Notes under the pieces: model-generated
The model's database searches: none
Seen by the model: the letters and a program-made list of their open reading frames with translations, nothing else
Told to the model about the DNA's origin: nothing
Shown: positions 31,819 through 41,861 of the stretch, in pieces
Layout of the letters: the number at the start of each line of letters is the position of its first letter
Position numbering within the stretch: position 1 is the first letter of the stretch
Translations under genes and position numbers: made by a program
NCBI GenBank assembly: GCA_021733835.1
Contig: JAIPKD010000001.1
Span: 17,516 to 81,515, forward strand
Reading direction: 5' to 3'
Length of the DNA stretch: 64,000 nt
Origin: Verrucomicrobiota bacterium
GTDB taxonomy: Bacteria; Verrucomicrobiota; Verrucomicrobiia; Limisphaerales; JAIPKD01

Positions 31819-31971
31819 CGGTTCCCATCGGAATCAATGTAAAAAAAGCATCGATAAGACCGGTTACCCTTGTGCCCCCGTCGACTCCGTCGTCCGCGTC
31901 GATCTAATGATGCACCGCTTAATAAGCTGATATTTTCCCTTGGAGAGGTGTAACGATATATTATTGGGCGG

Positions 31972-34578
31972 TCATGAGCGTGTGAATGTGAGTTTCCCGT
32001 TACTTGCGGCGACGCGAATATTATCGCCGGGATTGAACTCACCGGCAAGGAGTTTTATCGCCAAGGGGTCGAGGATGAATTCCTGGATGGCGCGTTTGAG
32101 TGGGCGCGCGCCGAATTGCGGGTCGTAACCTTCGCGGGCGAGGAGTTTTTTGGCGGCGTCATCGATGTCGAGCGTCAGGCGTTGTTCGGTTAGGCGCTCG
32201 CCGAGGCGTTGCAGTTGGATATCAATGATTTGCGCCAGTTGCTCTTCATCGAGGCTTTGGAAGATAATGATGTCATCGACCCGGTTGAGGAATTCGGGTC
32301 TGAAGTGTGCGCGCATTTCGGCAAAGACCTCTTCTTCCATGCGCAGTCTATCGGGGTGCGCGGTTTTTCCGTCCATGAAGTACTGCTGGATAATGGTGGA
32401 GCCGATATTGCTGGTCATGATTATAACGGTGTTTCTGAAATCGACCGTCCGGCCTTGTCCGTCGGTGAGGCGTCCGTCATCGAGGATTTGGAGGAGGACG
32501 TTGAACACGTCATGGTGCGCTTTTTCTATTTCGTCGAACAGGATGACCGTGTATGGGCGGCGTCTAACTGTTTCGCTGAGTTGTCCGCCTTCTTCGAAGC
32601 CGACGTAGCCCGGGGGTGCGCCGATGAGTCTAGCGACGGAATGTTTTTCCATGTACTCGCTCATATCGATACGGACGAGGGCATTTTCATCGTCGAAGAG
32701 GAATTCGGCCAGGGCGCGGGCGAGTTCGGTTTTGCCGACGCCGGTGGGCCCCATAAAGATGAAGGAACCGTTTGGGCGGTTGGGGTCTTGGAGGCCGCTC
32801 CTGGATCGGCGCACGGCATTTGCGACGGCATTGATGGCTTGGTCTTGGCCTACTACTCTGGCGTGTAGGCGTTCTTCGACCTTGAGCAGTTTTTCGCGAT
32901 CGCTTTCGAGCATTTTCGAGACGGGGATACCGGTCCATGAGGCGACTACTTGTGCGATATCTTCGTCGGTGACTTCCTCATTGAGGAGCCGGCTGGATTT
33001 GGACATTTGCGACAGTTGTCGTTCGGCGTCCTCGAGTTTTTTCTGGAGCTCGGGGATACTGCCGTAACGTATTTGGGCTGCGCGATTGAGGTCGCCGTTA
33101 CGCTGGGCTTGTTCTTCTTCGATTCTGGCTTGGTCGAGTTTTTCGTTGATAATGGAGACGGCGTTGATGGCGGCTTTTTCGTTTTGCCATTGGGTCTTGA
33201 GTTTGGATGAATGTTCTTTGAGCTCGGCTAGTTGTCTTTCGATGTCGTGGAGGCGTTCGACTGAGACGGGGTCTTTTTCCTTCTTGAGCGCGGTACGTTC
33301 GATTTCCAGTTGCATGGTGCGGCGTTCGAGGAAGTCGATCTCGGTGGGCATGGAATCGAGTTCTATGCGCAGGCGCGAGGCGGCTTCGTCCATGAGATCG
33401 ACTGCTTTATCTGGGAGGAATCTGTCGGTGATGTATCTGTGCGAGAGCGTGGCGGCGGCGACGATCGCCGAGTCCTGGATGCGGATGCCGTGATGGATTT
33501 CGTAGCGTTCCTTGAGTCCGCGGAGGATGGCTATGGTAGCGGTGACGGAGGGTTCGGTGATGAAGACCGGTTGGAAACGGCGTTCGAGTGCGGCGTCTTT
33601 TTCGATGTGTTTACGGTATTCGTTGAGTGTGGTTGCTCCGATGCAGCGCAGTTCGCCTCTGGCGAGGGATGGTTTAAGCATGTTTGCGGCGTCCGAGGCG
33701 CCTTCGGCGGCGCCGGCGCCGACGAGTGTATGGAGTTCGTCGATGAACAGAATAACGCGGCCCTGGCTTGCGGTGATTTCCTTGAGGAACGCCTTTAGTC
33801 TGTCCTCGAATTCGCCGCGGTACTTGGCGCCTGCGATCATAGCGCCGAGGTCCATGGCGACGAGCCTTTTATTTTTCAGGGTTTCCGGGATATCGCCGCT
33901 GACGATGCGCAGGGCGAGGCCTTCTGCGATGGCGGTTTTTCCGACGCCGGGTTCGCCGATGAGAACGGGGTTGTTCTTGGTTCGGCGCGTCAGCACTTGC
34001 ATTACACGGCGGATTTCTTCGTCCCTGCCTATAACGGGATCGATCTTACCGGAGCGTGCGAGGGCCGTGAGGTCGCGTCCGTATTTCTCGAGGGCTTGAA
34101 ATTTGTCTTCGGGATTCGGATCGGTGACGCGCTGGTTTCCGCGGATGGCGGCCAGGGCCTTAAGTATATCGGATTGTTTGATTCCGGCTGTATTGAAGAT
34201 TCGTTTGAGGTCGGCGCCGGCTTCTGTAATTAGGGCCAGGAGCAGGTGTTCGGCGCTTATATATTCGTCGCCGAGTTTAGATGCCTGATCCGGCGCGTTC
34301 TCGAGGGTCTTCTTTAATGACTCGCCGAGGAACAGGTCGAGGGAGCCGGCGCTTTGGACCTTCGGGCGTTTTTGCAGTTCCTCTTCGAGCATTCTAAGGA
34401 GGTTGTCGGGGGATGCGCCAATTTTTTGGAGCAACGGTGGTATCACGCTATCCTTTTGCTCGATCAGTGCGAACGCCAGGTGCTCGGCGTCCAGCTCCTG
34501 ATGCGAGAAGCGTTGGGCGATCTTTTGTGCCGACTGCAGGGCTTCTTGTGCTTTTAATGTCCAATTATCCAATTGCAT
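31972..34578 (-). CDS. clpB: ATP-dependent chaperone ClpB
   Basis: The 868-aa product has two AAA+ modules ([15 protein letters not shown]; [15 protein letters not shown]), a long coiled-coil middle domain, and a Clp N-domain at the N-terminus. Confidence 0.95.
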   Translation of the reverse strand: MQLDNWTLKAQEALQSAQKIAQRFSHQELDAEHLAFALIEQKDSVIPPLLQKIGASPDNLLRMLEEELQKRPKVQSAGSLDLFLGESLKKTLENAPDQASKLGDEYISAEHLLLALITEAGADLKRIFNTAGIKQSDILKALAAIRGNQRVTDPNPEDKFQALEKYGRDLTALARSGKIDPVIGRDEEIRRVMQVLTRRTKNNPVLIGEPGVGKTAIAEGLALRIVSGDIPETLKNKRLVAMDLGAMIAGAKYRGEFEDRLKAFLKEITASQGRVILFIDELHTLVGAGAAEGASDAANMLKPSLARGELRCIGATTLNEYRKHIEKDAALERRFQPVFITEPSVTATIAILRGLKERYEIHHGIRIQDSAIVAAATLSHRYITDRFLPDKAVDLMDEAASRLRIELDSMPTEIDFLERRTMQLEIERTALKKEKDPVSVERLHDIERQLAELKEHSSKLKTQWQNEKAAINAVSIINEKLDQARIEEEQAQRNGDLNRAAQIRYGSIPELQKKLEDAERQLSQMSKSSRLLNEEVTDEDIAQVVASWTGIPVSKMLESDREKLLKVEERLHARVVGQDQAINAVANAVRRSRSGLQDPNRPNGSFIFMGPTGVGKTELARALAEFLFDDENALVRIDMSEYMEKHSVARLIGAPPGYVGFEEGGQLSETVRRRPYTVILFDEIEKAHHDVFNVLLQILDDGRLTDGQGRTVDFRNTVIIMTSNIGSTIIQQYFMDGKTAHPDRLRMEEEVFAEMRAHFRPEFLNRVDDIIIFQSLDEEQLAQIIDIQLQRLGERLTEQRLTLDIDDAAKKLLAREGYDPQFGARPLKRAIQEFILDPLAIKLLAGEFNPGDNIRVAASNGKLTFTRS

Positions 34579-34753
34579 AATTACTATTTAATTCAAAATC
34601 GTGCTTCGTCAAGTGAGGGAGGGTGGAGGGGAATCTGAGATTTAAGATTTGAGATTTGAGATTAACGCTGCTTGCTTTTCAAAATCTGATTAATGTATTA
34701 TTCCGGCACAATCCAAGAGCGAGTCATGGTAGTTAATGTAACCTGAAGAATAT

Positions 34754-37700
34754 ATGAGCAAGCGACATCGGCAGCGCAGCCCGCTAAAGCGGCGTATGGG
34801 AGATATGGCGCGGCGACCGGGGGTGTTACTGGTAATGCTGGTCTATTTCTTCTCCGGCGTCTGTTCTCTGATTGACGAGGTGGTGTGGGTACGGCTGTTG
34901 AAGCTGACGCTGGGTAACACCGTGTATGCATCGAGTATTGTGGTGTCGATGTTCATGGGCGGACTGGCGTGCGGTGCGCTGGTCATGGGGCGGTTTGCGG
35001 ATCGAATCGGCAGGCGGCTGCGGCTCTATGCGGTGTTGGAGGTTTGCGTGACGGTTACAGCGGTGGCTATGCCGTTTTTGCTTGATGTGGCGGATATTGT
35101 ATACAGGTGGGCTTTTGTTGAGTTTGATTTGTCGCCCGGGGGTTTGCTGTGCATGCAGGTAATTATATCGGCGGCGTTGTTATTGGTTCCTACAATGTTA
35201 ATGGGTGCGACGTTGCCGCTTTTGGGAAGGTTCGTGACGGAGCTTGAGGAGCGCGTCGGCCGGCGTGTGGGGAGGTTGTACGCGCTGAATATGTGCGGAG
35301 CGGCGATGGGATGTTTTCTGGCGGGGTTCCTGTTGATACGCATTGTTGGCGTGATGGGCACTCTTTATATAGCGGCGGCGATTAACCTGATTGTTGCGGG
35401 CAGCGGTTGGCTGTTGTCGCGGGCGCATGACAACCAAATAGAAGGCGCACGGGCGGCGAGTCTGCGTGCGGCCGATCGGAAAGTATTGAAGCGGGAAGAA
35501 CGGCCTTCGAAGCTGCGGTCGAGTGGGCGCGTGGAATATTATAAGCGTACTATCCTGCTCTCGGCGTTTTTCGTCAGTGGTTTGGTCAGCATCGGTTATG
35601 AGCTGGTCTGGATGCGCAGCATTGTCGTGCCGCTGGGTGGGTTCACGTATGTGTTTTCGGCGGTATTGACCGCATATTTGATAGGCAATGTGATAGGCGC
35701 GTGGTTGGGGAGTTCTCTGGCGGGACGTCTTTTGCGCCCGGCGGTTGGTTTCGGTGTGAGCCTATCATGTTTGGGATTGCTGGGTGTTTTGTATATTCCC
35801 TTTTTTCGGACATGGTTCCGGGGTGGTGAGGAATGGTTGGCGGCGGCATTGAACGGATTTGAAATGGTCAACGGGATTCATAAGGCGTTATTTCCTTTCC
35901 TGCACAGCTTGACGTTGTTTCTGTTGCCGGCTATTGCGATGGGCATCGGTTTTCCGTTGGCGTTGCAGGCTTGGAACAGTTTTCAGCGTGGAGTGGGACA
36001 AACCACGGGGCATGTGTATGGGATCAACACCATCGGCTCGGTGGCGGGGGGTGTTGCAACCGGTTTTGTTCTTGTCCCCGCGCTTGGTGTGCAGGCGTCG
36101 ATTTCGTTTTTGGGTTTGTTGTGTGTATGGGTTGGGGTGGCGATGATAATGATTTTCAGTGCGGCCGGGAGGATCGTATTAAAACTTGCCGTGCCGGCCG
36201 GGGCGGTGGTTGTTACTGTTGCCGCGCTTTATGTTCCCGCTGACATGTTCCGCGGATATATCGCCGAACAGCATACGGGACGGGTTATCGACGTGAGGGA
36301 GGGGGTTACCACGACGGTGGCGGTATTCGAGAAAGACGACGGACATCGATTGATGGCCATAGATAATATTCAGATGGCCGGGGACGATATCCACCGCTCG
36401 GCGCAGCAAATGCTGGGGCATTTGGGCGTGTTGTTAAATCCGGAGCCGCGGACGGTTTGTTCGTTTGGATACGGTTGCGGTGAGACCGTGGCGTGTTTGG
36501 CTAAGCACGAACTTGAGCGTATCGATTGTGTCGAGATCGCGCCGGAAGTGGTGGATATGGCGAACGAGTATTTTTCACATGTGAACCTGGGTGGGGAGCT
36601 TGGTGCGCGCGTCAATATGATATATATGGATGGTAAGAACTACTTGAAGCTGACGGATCGGCGGTACGATATTATTATAAACGATTCCAATGTTCATTCT
36701 ACTTCAGGCAGTGCGCCGTTGTATACGCGAGAGCATTTTCAAAATGCGCTCGAGCATTTGAATCCTCGAGGCCTGTTCATTACCAAGCTCCACTTACAGG
36801 GGCATCCGAGGTCGAACTTCGAGAGCATACTCGGGACGTTCATGGACGTGTTCCCGCACGTCACGGTGTGGTTTCCTACTACGCGGCCGTTCGTCTTTTT
36901 TTATCTTGTTGGTTCCGAAGACCCCCAGAAATTCTCGCCGCGACGGATAGACGCCAAGCTCGACATGGAGCGTGTGCGGGAGAGTGCGGACTATTTGTGT
37001 TTTGACGGTAGCGCCGACGTCCTGAGTTGTTATATCGGCGACGAGAATGATTTCCGTCGATATTTAAACGATCCGCCGATTAATAGTGATTACCATCCTT
37101 TTGTCGAGTTCAACCTTGATCCGCGGAACCTGGTCTTGCGCGGGTATTTCCCGGGTCTGATAGAGGTGGTACGCCGTGGATCGGTTCAGGGGCATCTGGA
37201 TTTAGCAGGCATGGCCCCCGGTGAACGCGAAGAATGGTTGCGCGAATTCGATTTGTGCAATCGCCTTGCAACGTTTGTTCTGCGCGGGCATGGGGAACAG
37301 GCGTTTATGTCCAAGCTCATGTACAGTTATTTTGGTTTAAGAATCCGGCCTGGTTATCAGCCGCTCTTGAACATGCAGGCGCAGGGCATTGCTGAAATCG
37401 AGGATGCGTTGCAGAAGGGACTGATTCCGCCGGAGCAGATTGTGGCCGACATGAACGCGCAAATACGGAGGTACAATGACTTTGCGGGTGCCCGGCTGGT
37501 TAAGTCCGTCGTCCGGCTTTTGCAGGGTAAAGTCGAAGAGGCGCTTGAGTCGGCGCAAGGAGCGCTCCGGCTGTCGCCGCAAAATCCTGTTATCCATAAT
37601 CATATCGGCGACATCTATTTGCGAGAGGGTCTAACTGATAAGGCGCGGGAGCATTATGCGGAGGCGGTACGATTTAGCCCTGAGAATCCGGTGTTTCATT

Positions 37701-37837
37701 TTAACCTGGCCGAGGCGTGCTTGAAATTAGGGCTCACGGATAAGGCCGCCGAAGAATACCGGCAGACCCTGCGAATACATCCGAATCACCCGGGTGCGCG
37801 TGAAAGAGTTAAAGAAATTCATTTAACGGCGAGATGA
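34754..37837 (+). CDS. Fused polytopic membrane domain / spermidine-synthase-like methyltransferase-fold domain / C-terminal TPR repeats
   Basis: About 480 aa of TM helices are followed by FGYGCGETVACLAKHE..RIDCVEIAPEVVDMANEYF...MDGKNYLKLTDRRYDIIINDS (spermine/spermidine synthase-like fold). The protein ends in TPR-like repeats (ALRLSPQNPVIHNHIGDIYL..., AVRFSPENPVFHFNLAEACL...). Confidence 0.8.
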   Translation: MSKRHRQRSPLKRRMGDMARRPGVLLVMLVYFFSGVCSLIDEVVWVRLLKLTLGNTVYASSIVVSMFMGGLACGALVMGRFADRIGRRLRLYAVLEVCVTVTAVAMPFLLDVADIVYRWAFVEFDLSPGGLLCMQVIISAALLLVPTMLMGATLPLLGRFVTELEERVGRRVGRLYALNMCGAAMGCFLAGFLLIRIVGVMGTLYIAAAINLIVAGSGWLLSRAHDNQIEGARAASLRAADRKVLKREERPSKLRSSGRVEYYKRTILLSAFFVSGLVSIGYELVWMRSIVVPLGGFTYVFSAVLTAYLIGNVIGAWLGSSLAGRLLRPAVGFGVSLSCLGLLGVLYIPFFRTWFRGGEEWLAAALNGFEMVNGIHKALFPFLHSLTLFLLPAIAMGIGFPLALQAWNSFQRGVGQTTGHVYGINTIGSVAGGVATGFVLVPALGVQASISFLGLLCVWVGVAMIMIFSAAGRIVLKLAVPAGAVVVTVAALYVPADMFRGYIAEQHTGRVIDVREGVTTTVAVFEKDDGHRLMAIDNIQMAGDDIHRSAQQMLGHLGVLLNPEPRTVCSFGYGCGETVACLAKHELERIDCVEIAPEVVDMANEYFSHVNLGGELGARVNMIYMDGKNYLKLTDRRYDIIINDSNVHSTSGSAPLYTREHFQNALEHLNPRGLFITKLHLQGHPRSNFESILGTFMDVFPHVTVWFPTTRPFVFFYLVGSEDPQKFSPRRIDAKLDMERVRESADYLCFDGSADVLSCYIGDENDFRRYLNDPPINSDYHPFVEFNLDPRNLVLRGYFPGLIEVVRRGSVQGHLDLAGMAPGEREEWLREFDLCNRLATFVLRGHGEQAFMSKLMYSYFGLRIRPGYQPLLNMQAQGIAEIEDALQKGLIPPEQIVADMNAQIRRYNDFAGARLVKSVVRLLQGKVEEALESAQGALRLSPQNPVIHNHIGDIYLREGLTDKAREHYAEAVRFSPENPVFHFNLAEACLKLGLTDKAAEEYRQTLRIHPNHPGARERVKEIHLTAR

Positions 37838-38526
37838 ATGCTCATTATACCGCCCAGGATTTGGATGGTGCTGATATTGGTGAACCCGGTGGTTCCCAGG
37901 ATTTTTTGGACGCCGGCTTGGGCGGGATAGTTGTGGAGTGACTCGATGATGTAGCTGTATGCATATTTATCGCCGCAGAATACGAGGCCGAATACCGGTA
38001 CGACGAATTTAAGGTAGGCGAAGTAAAAAGTTCTCAAGATTCTTGACGTGGGGGTGCCGAAATCGAGGATTAGCGCGCGGCCCCGGGGTTTGAGCAGTCT
38101 ATGGATTTCTTTAATCCCGGCATCCGGTGAGGTCAGATTGCGAAGGCCGTACGCGATCGTAACTACGTCGAAGGATGCGTCCGGGAAAGGCGCATTGAGG
38201 GCATCCGCATGGACAAACCTGATCCCCGAGTGTTTGCGGCAACGGCGGGCGGCTATTTCGAGCATTGCTTTGTTGAAGTCCAGGCCGATGACCTTCGAGG
38301 TTTTTTGGGCGAGGATTCTTGTTATGTCTCCCGTTCCGCAGCATAAGTCCAAGGCGGATTCGTTCGGCCGGACTTTGGCTAGGGCGACGAGGCGTTTTTT
38401 CCATAGTCTGTGGAGTCCGAGACTTTGGATATCGTTGATGATATCGTAGTGCGGCGCGATTTTTGTAAACAGGGACTTGACATGAGCGGGAAAATCTCCG
38501 CCCGGTTTGTAATACCGGTTATTCAT
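37819..38526 (-). CDS. ubiE: Demethylmenaquinone / ubiquinone biosynthesis C-methyltransferase (UbiE/MenG family)
   Basis: FTKIAPHYDIINDIQSLGLHRLWKKRLV, the SAM motif ALDLCCGTGD, and the family-typical C-terminus (GF..I....L.GGI..IH.A.K) are present. The product is 235 aa. Confidence 0.85.
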   Translation of the reverse strand: MNNRYYKPGGDFPAHVKSLFTKIAPHYDIINDIQSLGLHRLWKKRLVALAKVRPNESALDLCCGTGDITRILAQKTSKVIGLDFNKAMLEIAARRCRKHSGIRFVHADALNAPFPDASFDVVTIAYGLRNLTSPDAGIKEIHRLLKPRGRALILDFGTPTSRILRTFYFAYLKFVVPVFGLVFCGDKYAYSYIIESLHNYPAQAGVQKILGTTGFTNISTIQILGGIMSIHLAVK

Positions 38527-38659
38527 CGGAGAGGTAGTTTATAGGCAGCGCGATATTTTGCACGTATTATAAAACCGGCCGCGGCGATTATGCTCCGAAT
38601 ATTCCCGTCCGAATCAAGATCGGCCCGGTTTTGTCATCACTCGACAATTCAAGGTAGTA

Positions 38660-39508
38660 GTGGCATTATTTACGGTAATGTCGAAATTAGATGAACTACG
38701 GCGTTTGATAAGGTCATACGGATCATGTGTGGTTGCGTATTCCGGTGGGGTGGATTCGGTGTTCTTGGCGTATGTGGCTTATGAAGAGCTGGGCGATAAG
38801 AGTCTGGCGGTGATAGCTGATACTCCGAGTCTGCCACGGAGTGAATTAAGGGAGGCGCACGAAATCGCCGAGCGCTTTGGATTCAGGATCAGGGTGGTAA
38901 AGAGCAGGGAGTTTGATAATCCCGATTACACGGCGAATCCGATCAATCGTTGTTATTATTGCAAGCACGATCTTTTCAAGGAATTGGTGGAAGTAGCGCG
39001 TAACGAGGGATTTAATGCGATTCTTTACGGTGAAAACGCGAGTGACACCGGGGATTTTCGTCCGGGCGCCCAGGCGGCGGCCGAGCTTGAGGTTCGGGCG
39101 CCGTTGAAGGAAGCAGGGATTACGAAGGAGGAGATAAGGGGGTACTCGAGGGGATTGGGTTTACCGACGGCGGAGAAGGCGCAGATGGCATGTCTGAGCT
39201 CGAGGGTGCCGTATGGGGAGATTGTGCATCCGGGCAAGCTCAGGATGGTGGAGGAGGGCGAAGACTTCTTGCGAGGACTGGGGTTTGGGGATATCCGGGT
39301 CAGGCACCACGAGGTCAAGGGCGGGCATCTGGCCAGGATCGAGGTCGGCCCCGGTGAGATGGGGAAGATGTTGTCCGATGGACTGAGTCAAAAGATTGTG
39401 GACACGCTCGGCGGCATAGGCTACACGCATGTTACGCTTGACCTAAAAGGTTATCGGCGAGGGAGCGCGAATGAAGTCATCCGGGGTGAGACCGGCGGCA
39501 CCGGATAA
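38660..39508 (+). CDS. larE: PP-loop ATP-utilising enzyme, LarE-type sulfur transferase family
   Basis: PP-loop VAYSGGVDSVFLAYVA, RCYYCKHDLF, ACLSSRVPYGE, and IRVRHHEVKGGHLARIEV are present, matching the TIGR00268/LarE family pattern by eye. The ORF-track start is GTG at 38660; an alternative ATG lies at 38678. Confidence 0.8.
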   Translation: MALFTVMSKLDELRRLIRSYGSCVVAYSGGVDSVFLAYVAYEELGDKSLAVIADTPSLPRSELREAHEIAERFGFRIRVVKSREFDNPDYTANPINRCYYCKHDLFKELVEVARNEGFNAILYGENASDTGDFRPGAQAAAELEVRAPLKEAGITKEEIRGYSRGLGLPTAEKAQMACLSSRVPYGEIVHPGKLRMVEEGEDFLRGLGFGDIRVRHHEVKGGHLARIEVGPGEMGKMLSDGLSQKIVDTLGGIGYTHVTLDLKGYRRGSANEVIRGETGGTG

Positions 39509-39622
39509 TCCGCAATTCGGCGGTGGAGTGCTTGGCCTGCGATTATTCGGAAGTGGGCACGATGTAGGCCGGATTATTCTTTATTTGCAACTTTAGGTGG
39601 AAACGGGTTTTTATCTTATAGC

Positions 39623-40894
39623 ATGGCGCAATTTTCGTATAAGGCGAGAAAACGCTCGGGTGAGCTTGTTGAAGGTATTCTGGATGTACCCGACAAGGCC
39701 GCGGCGGTGATGCAAATGGAGAGGCTCGGCCTGTTCCCGGTCAGTATTGTGCAATCGAAGGCGGGCGCTGAGGCAAGGCAGAGAGTGCGCGGTAAAAAGG
39801 CGGTGGACTCGTCGGTCTTGCCGGCGATGGTACGCGAATATTTGAGGAAGAAGCGCAAGCCGAAATTGCAGGAACTGGCTACATTCACGCTGCAGTTGTC
39901 GAATCTTCTTAAGGCGGGAATGCCGCTTGCGGTCGCGTTGAACAGCATGAGCCACCTCGGGTCGAAGGGTATTCCGCCGGAAGTAGGCGTGCAGTTGAGG
40001 CGGGATGTCACCGAGGGCAGGACTTTATCGGATGCAATGGCAAAGCAGCCGCATATTTTCTCCGATCTGTATATCAACATGGTAAGTGCGGGTGAGCAGA
40101 GCGGCGCGTTGGAGGATGTGCTTCGGCGGATGGCCGAGCATTTCGAGAGATTCTCCGAGGTTCAATCCAAGTTCGTTTCGGCGTTGATCTATCCCGCCAT
40201 AGTCACTGTCGTCGGGATCGGAATAATCATATTTTTTATGACCGTGATGCTTCCGAAATTCCTGTCTATTTTCAAGGGGATGGACGTTCCGCTGCCCGGG
40301 TCGACGCAATTTCTCGTGAACATAAGCAATTTCCTTCAGGGCTATTGGTGGTTGATTCTGATGGTATTGCTCAGCGCTCTGGTAGTGTTCAAGAGATTCA
40401 AGGATTCGCCGTCCGGCAGGCGTACTATTGATTCGTGGAAGCTGAACGCGCCCGTCATTGGGCGTGTGGTTAGGTTGAATCTTTTTGCTCAGTTCACGAG
40501 GACCCTTTCCACGCTGCTCAAGAACGGCGTTCCGGTGCTGACGGCGTTGAAGATTACCGAGAGGGTTATACCGAACTCGATATTAAAGGAAGCGATCGCT
40601 TCCACGAGGGAGGGGGTGACGGATGGGAAGACGATTGCGCAGCCGTTGGCGAAGAGCAAGATTTTCCCGCAATTGATGATCGATATGCTGAAGATCGGGG
40701 AAGACACGGGGGACGTGCCGGGGGCGTTAAAAAACGTAGCGGATACGTATGAGAGCGAATTGAGCATTGCGCTGAGGGTGGTTACTAATCTCATCGAACC
40801 GGCGCTGATAATTATAATGGCGCTGGGCGTAGGGTTTCTGCTGTTCGGCGTTCTGTCGGCGATGTTTTCGATAACTTCAAGTATTGGACGCTGA
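39623..40894 (+). CDS. gspF: Type II secretion system protein F family (GspF/PilC)
   Basis: The 423-aa product has duplicated T2SSF domains with three TM segments (FSDLYINMVSAGEQSGALEDVL...; FPQLMIDMLKIGEDTGDVPGAL). It is followed by minor-pseudopilin genes. Confidence 0.85.
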   Translation: MAQFSYKARKRSGELVEGILDVPDKAAAVMQMERLGLFPVSIVQSKAGAEARQRVRGKKAVDSSVLPAMVREYLRKKRKPKLQELATFTLQLSNLLKAGMPLAVALNSMSHLGSKGIPPEVGVQLRRDVTEGRTLSDAMAKQPHIFSDLYINMVSAGEQSGALEDVLRRMAEHFERFSEVQSKFVSALIYPAIVTVVGIGIIIFFMTVMLPKFLSIFKGMDVPLPGSTQFLVNISNFLQGYWWLILMVLLSALVVFKRFKDSPSGRRTIDSWKLNAPVIGRVVRLNLFAQFTRTLSTLLKNGVPVLTALKITERVIPNSILKEAIASTREGVTDGKTIAQPLAKSKIFPQLMIDMLKIGEDTGDVPGALKNVADTYESELSIALRVVTNLIEPALIIIMALGVGFLLFGVLSAMFSITSSIGR

Positions 40895-41451
40895 TGAAGA
40901 CCGCGGTAAAAATCGAAGCCGGATTCACGCTGCTGGAGATCATGATCGTGGTTTGTATTATGGCCGTGATTATGACGATAGGACTGCCGGCGGCCTTTTC
41001 CGTTGTGGAGAAGAATCCCATGCGCCAGGCCATCAGCGACGTCGTCGAGGCGTGTAGTCACGCAAGGGCTAAAGCCGTGTTTTCCGATTCTGTTTCCGCG
41101 GTGGTGATAAATCCGCAATCGGGCGCGATAAACGTGGTGCGGGTGAGTTCCAATAGCGGAGGTAAAGAACCTAAAAACGAGATTACCCTGGGCGGTGGCG
41201 ATACCGACGGCGTGCGGCTTTCGGGCTCTGTGTTCAGCGCTGAATTATCCGGCGAGTTGGAGTTGGAAATGGTGGACGTGAACTTTACCGAGTTCAAGGA
41301 CGCCGAGAGGGCGGTCGTGCGTTTCTATCCGAACGGAACAAGCGATCGGTTCACCCTGGTAATGCATTGGCTGGAAAAGAATACGTGGAAGAAGATATCT
41401 ATGGATAATGTCGTCGGCATCCCCGAGGTGGAGGAGCTGGATGCGTTTTGA
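40894..41451 (+). CDS. Prepilin-type pseudopilin (GspH-like)
   Basis: The N-terminal prepilin cleavage/methylation motif is AGFTLLEIMIVVCIMAVIMTIGLP. The start overlaps the gspF stop. Confidence 0.6.
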   Translation: MKTAVKIEAGFTLLEIMIVVCIMAVIMTIGLPAAFSVVEKNPMRQAISDVVEACSHARAKAVFSDSVSAVVINPQSGAINVVRVSSNSGGKEPKNEITLGGGDTDGVRLSGSVFSAELSGELELEMVDVNFTEFKDAERAVVRFYPNGTSDRFTLVMHWLEKNTWKKISMDNVVGIPEVEELDAF

Positions 41452-41836
41452 TGTTATGAAGGATGGGCAAACGGGCTTTACGCTTCTCGAGGTATTGATA
41501 GCGATGGCGATATTTTTCGTGGCCATTTTCGCCATCCTCGATCTCACGAATCAAAACATCAAAATGGCGCGAATGCTCAAGCCGGGGAAGGCCGATTTAG
41601 GGATCGTCGCCACCGAAATTGCGATGACGAATAAGCTCGAGGTGGGCGCAGAATCGGGTGACTTCGGTGAGTTGTATCCGGAATATTCCTGGGCCAGGGA
41701 AGTATTCGAGGTGAGTACGAACGGATTGTTCGAAGTCCGTATTTCGGTGTTTAAGTCCGATAAGGGGCTCGAGGCCGCCGATGAGATGAGCATACTTTTG
41801 TATCGCCCCGAATCTGCCGGCCGTTCCGGAATGTAG
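41441..41836 (+). CDS. Prepilin-type pseudopilin (GspI-like)
   Basis: The ATG at 41441 gives MRFDVMKDGQTGFTLLEVLIAMAIFFVAIFAIL. It overlaps the upstream stop. The size is about 130 aa. Confidence 0.6.
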   Translation: MRFDVMKDGQTGFTLLEVLIAMAIFFVAIFAILDLTNQNIKMARMLKPGKADLGIVATEIAMTNKLEVGAESGDFGELYPEYSWAREVFEVSTNGLFEVRISVFKSDKGLEAADEMSILLYRPESAGRSGM

Positions 41837-41861
41837 GGCGATTGTTTTTACCCGGACGTTT

